Assembly: GCA_965218585.1 (NCBI GenBank)
Contig: CBDCLE010000022.1
Location: forward strand, 96,001-160,000
Length of the DNA stretch: 64,000 nt
Origin: Terriglobia bacterium
GTDB lineage: Bacteria; Acidobacteriota; Terriglobia; 20CM-2-55-15
Direction of reading: 5' to 3'
The notes beneath the pieces are model-generated. The model was not told the origin of the DNA. It did no database searches and saw nothing but the letters and a program-made list of their open reading frames with translations. The stretch's first letter is position 1, and the number at the start of each line of letters is the position of its first letter. Shown piece by piece: positions 63,511 to 64,000 of the stretch. The position numbers and the translations under genes were made by a program.

Positions 63511-64000
63511 GGCGTGGGATCCGTGGGCACGACGACAACGACCGATCCATCGCTGAAGGTTACGACGAGATTGACTCCGACCATGTCCACCTCTGTTCCA
63601 TTACCCGTCAGTGCGTCTTCAAAGCCGTTCATCTCGATTGTCAACGAACTGCCGCGGCCGATGTCGCCGATGATGATGTCGTCGATATCTGTAACGGCCG
63701 ACTGGAGCCTTATAGGGAGCGACTCCGCTACCTGGCCAGTCCCTTCTATGGTTTCCGCAGAAAAATTGACTGTATCGCCACTGGCAAACCGTGGGCTAGT
63801 GGAATTGAAGACGGTCGTATTGCCCACGCGCATCTGTTCGAAGTACGCAGGAGGCGAAATGTTGATGTCGACCGATATGGACGTGATATCCGTGTCCGTG
63901 GAGGCAAAGTTCTTAACGACAAATTCCACATCGTTGTTGTCGTTGCCTGTGACGATAGCCGTATCCGGAGCCAGGACGAGTAAAGGTTCGACCGTCAAGG
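63507..64000 (-). CDS. C-terminal part of a third paralogous pilin-like protein (5' end outside the window)
   Basis: Shares YFEQ..VGN..VFNST.PR..SGD and VDM.G...FSDGS with the two downstream genes; ATGA stop/start overlap. Confidence 0.7.
   Translation of the reverse strand, partial: LTVEPLLVLAPDTAIVTGNDNNDVEFVVKNFASTDTDITSISVDINISPPAYFEQMRVGNTTVFNSTSPRFASGDTVNFSAETIEGTGQVAESLPIRLQSAVTDIDDIIIGDIGRGSSLTIEMNGFEDALTGNGTEVDMVGVNLVVTFSDGSVVVVVPTDPTP

Overview
A bacterial chromosome segment, probably from Acidobacteriota (inferred from the tig-clpP-clpX-lon-engB-rho order, an Oar-like TonB receptor, DUF885, a DUF6152/DUF6644 pair and IPT/TIG surface proteins). The left part holds intact housekeeping genes, tRNA-Leu(TAG), a VapBC pair and accessory hydrolases. 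The middle holds pruA, thyX, tRNA-Lys(CTT), polX and queG. The right part is a type IV pilin/pseudopilin-rich surface locus with two TMTC-like glycosyltransferases, a PilZ protein, a response regulator and hom. About 13.3 kb (21%) is mobile DNA: three different IS256 elements (four copies), an IS701, an IS1380 and two inverted copies of one group II intron. One intron copy forms a four-level nest (gene > intron > IS > IS). At least seven accessory genes are broken while core genes are intact. Best novelty candidates: (1) the intron appears to start one base before the canonical GUGYG (AGUGCG), supported by both host reading frames and a candidate EBS1/EBS3; (2) two different IS256 elements carry the same three-way-junction non-coding structure near one end; (3) an unusual type IV filament gene set, with GVATSLIE-type candidate major pilins and large paralogous GspG-like minor pilins. 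All calls come from reading the sequence by eye; no database searches were run.
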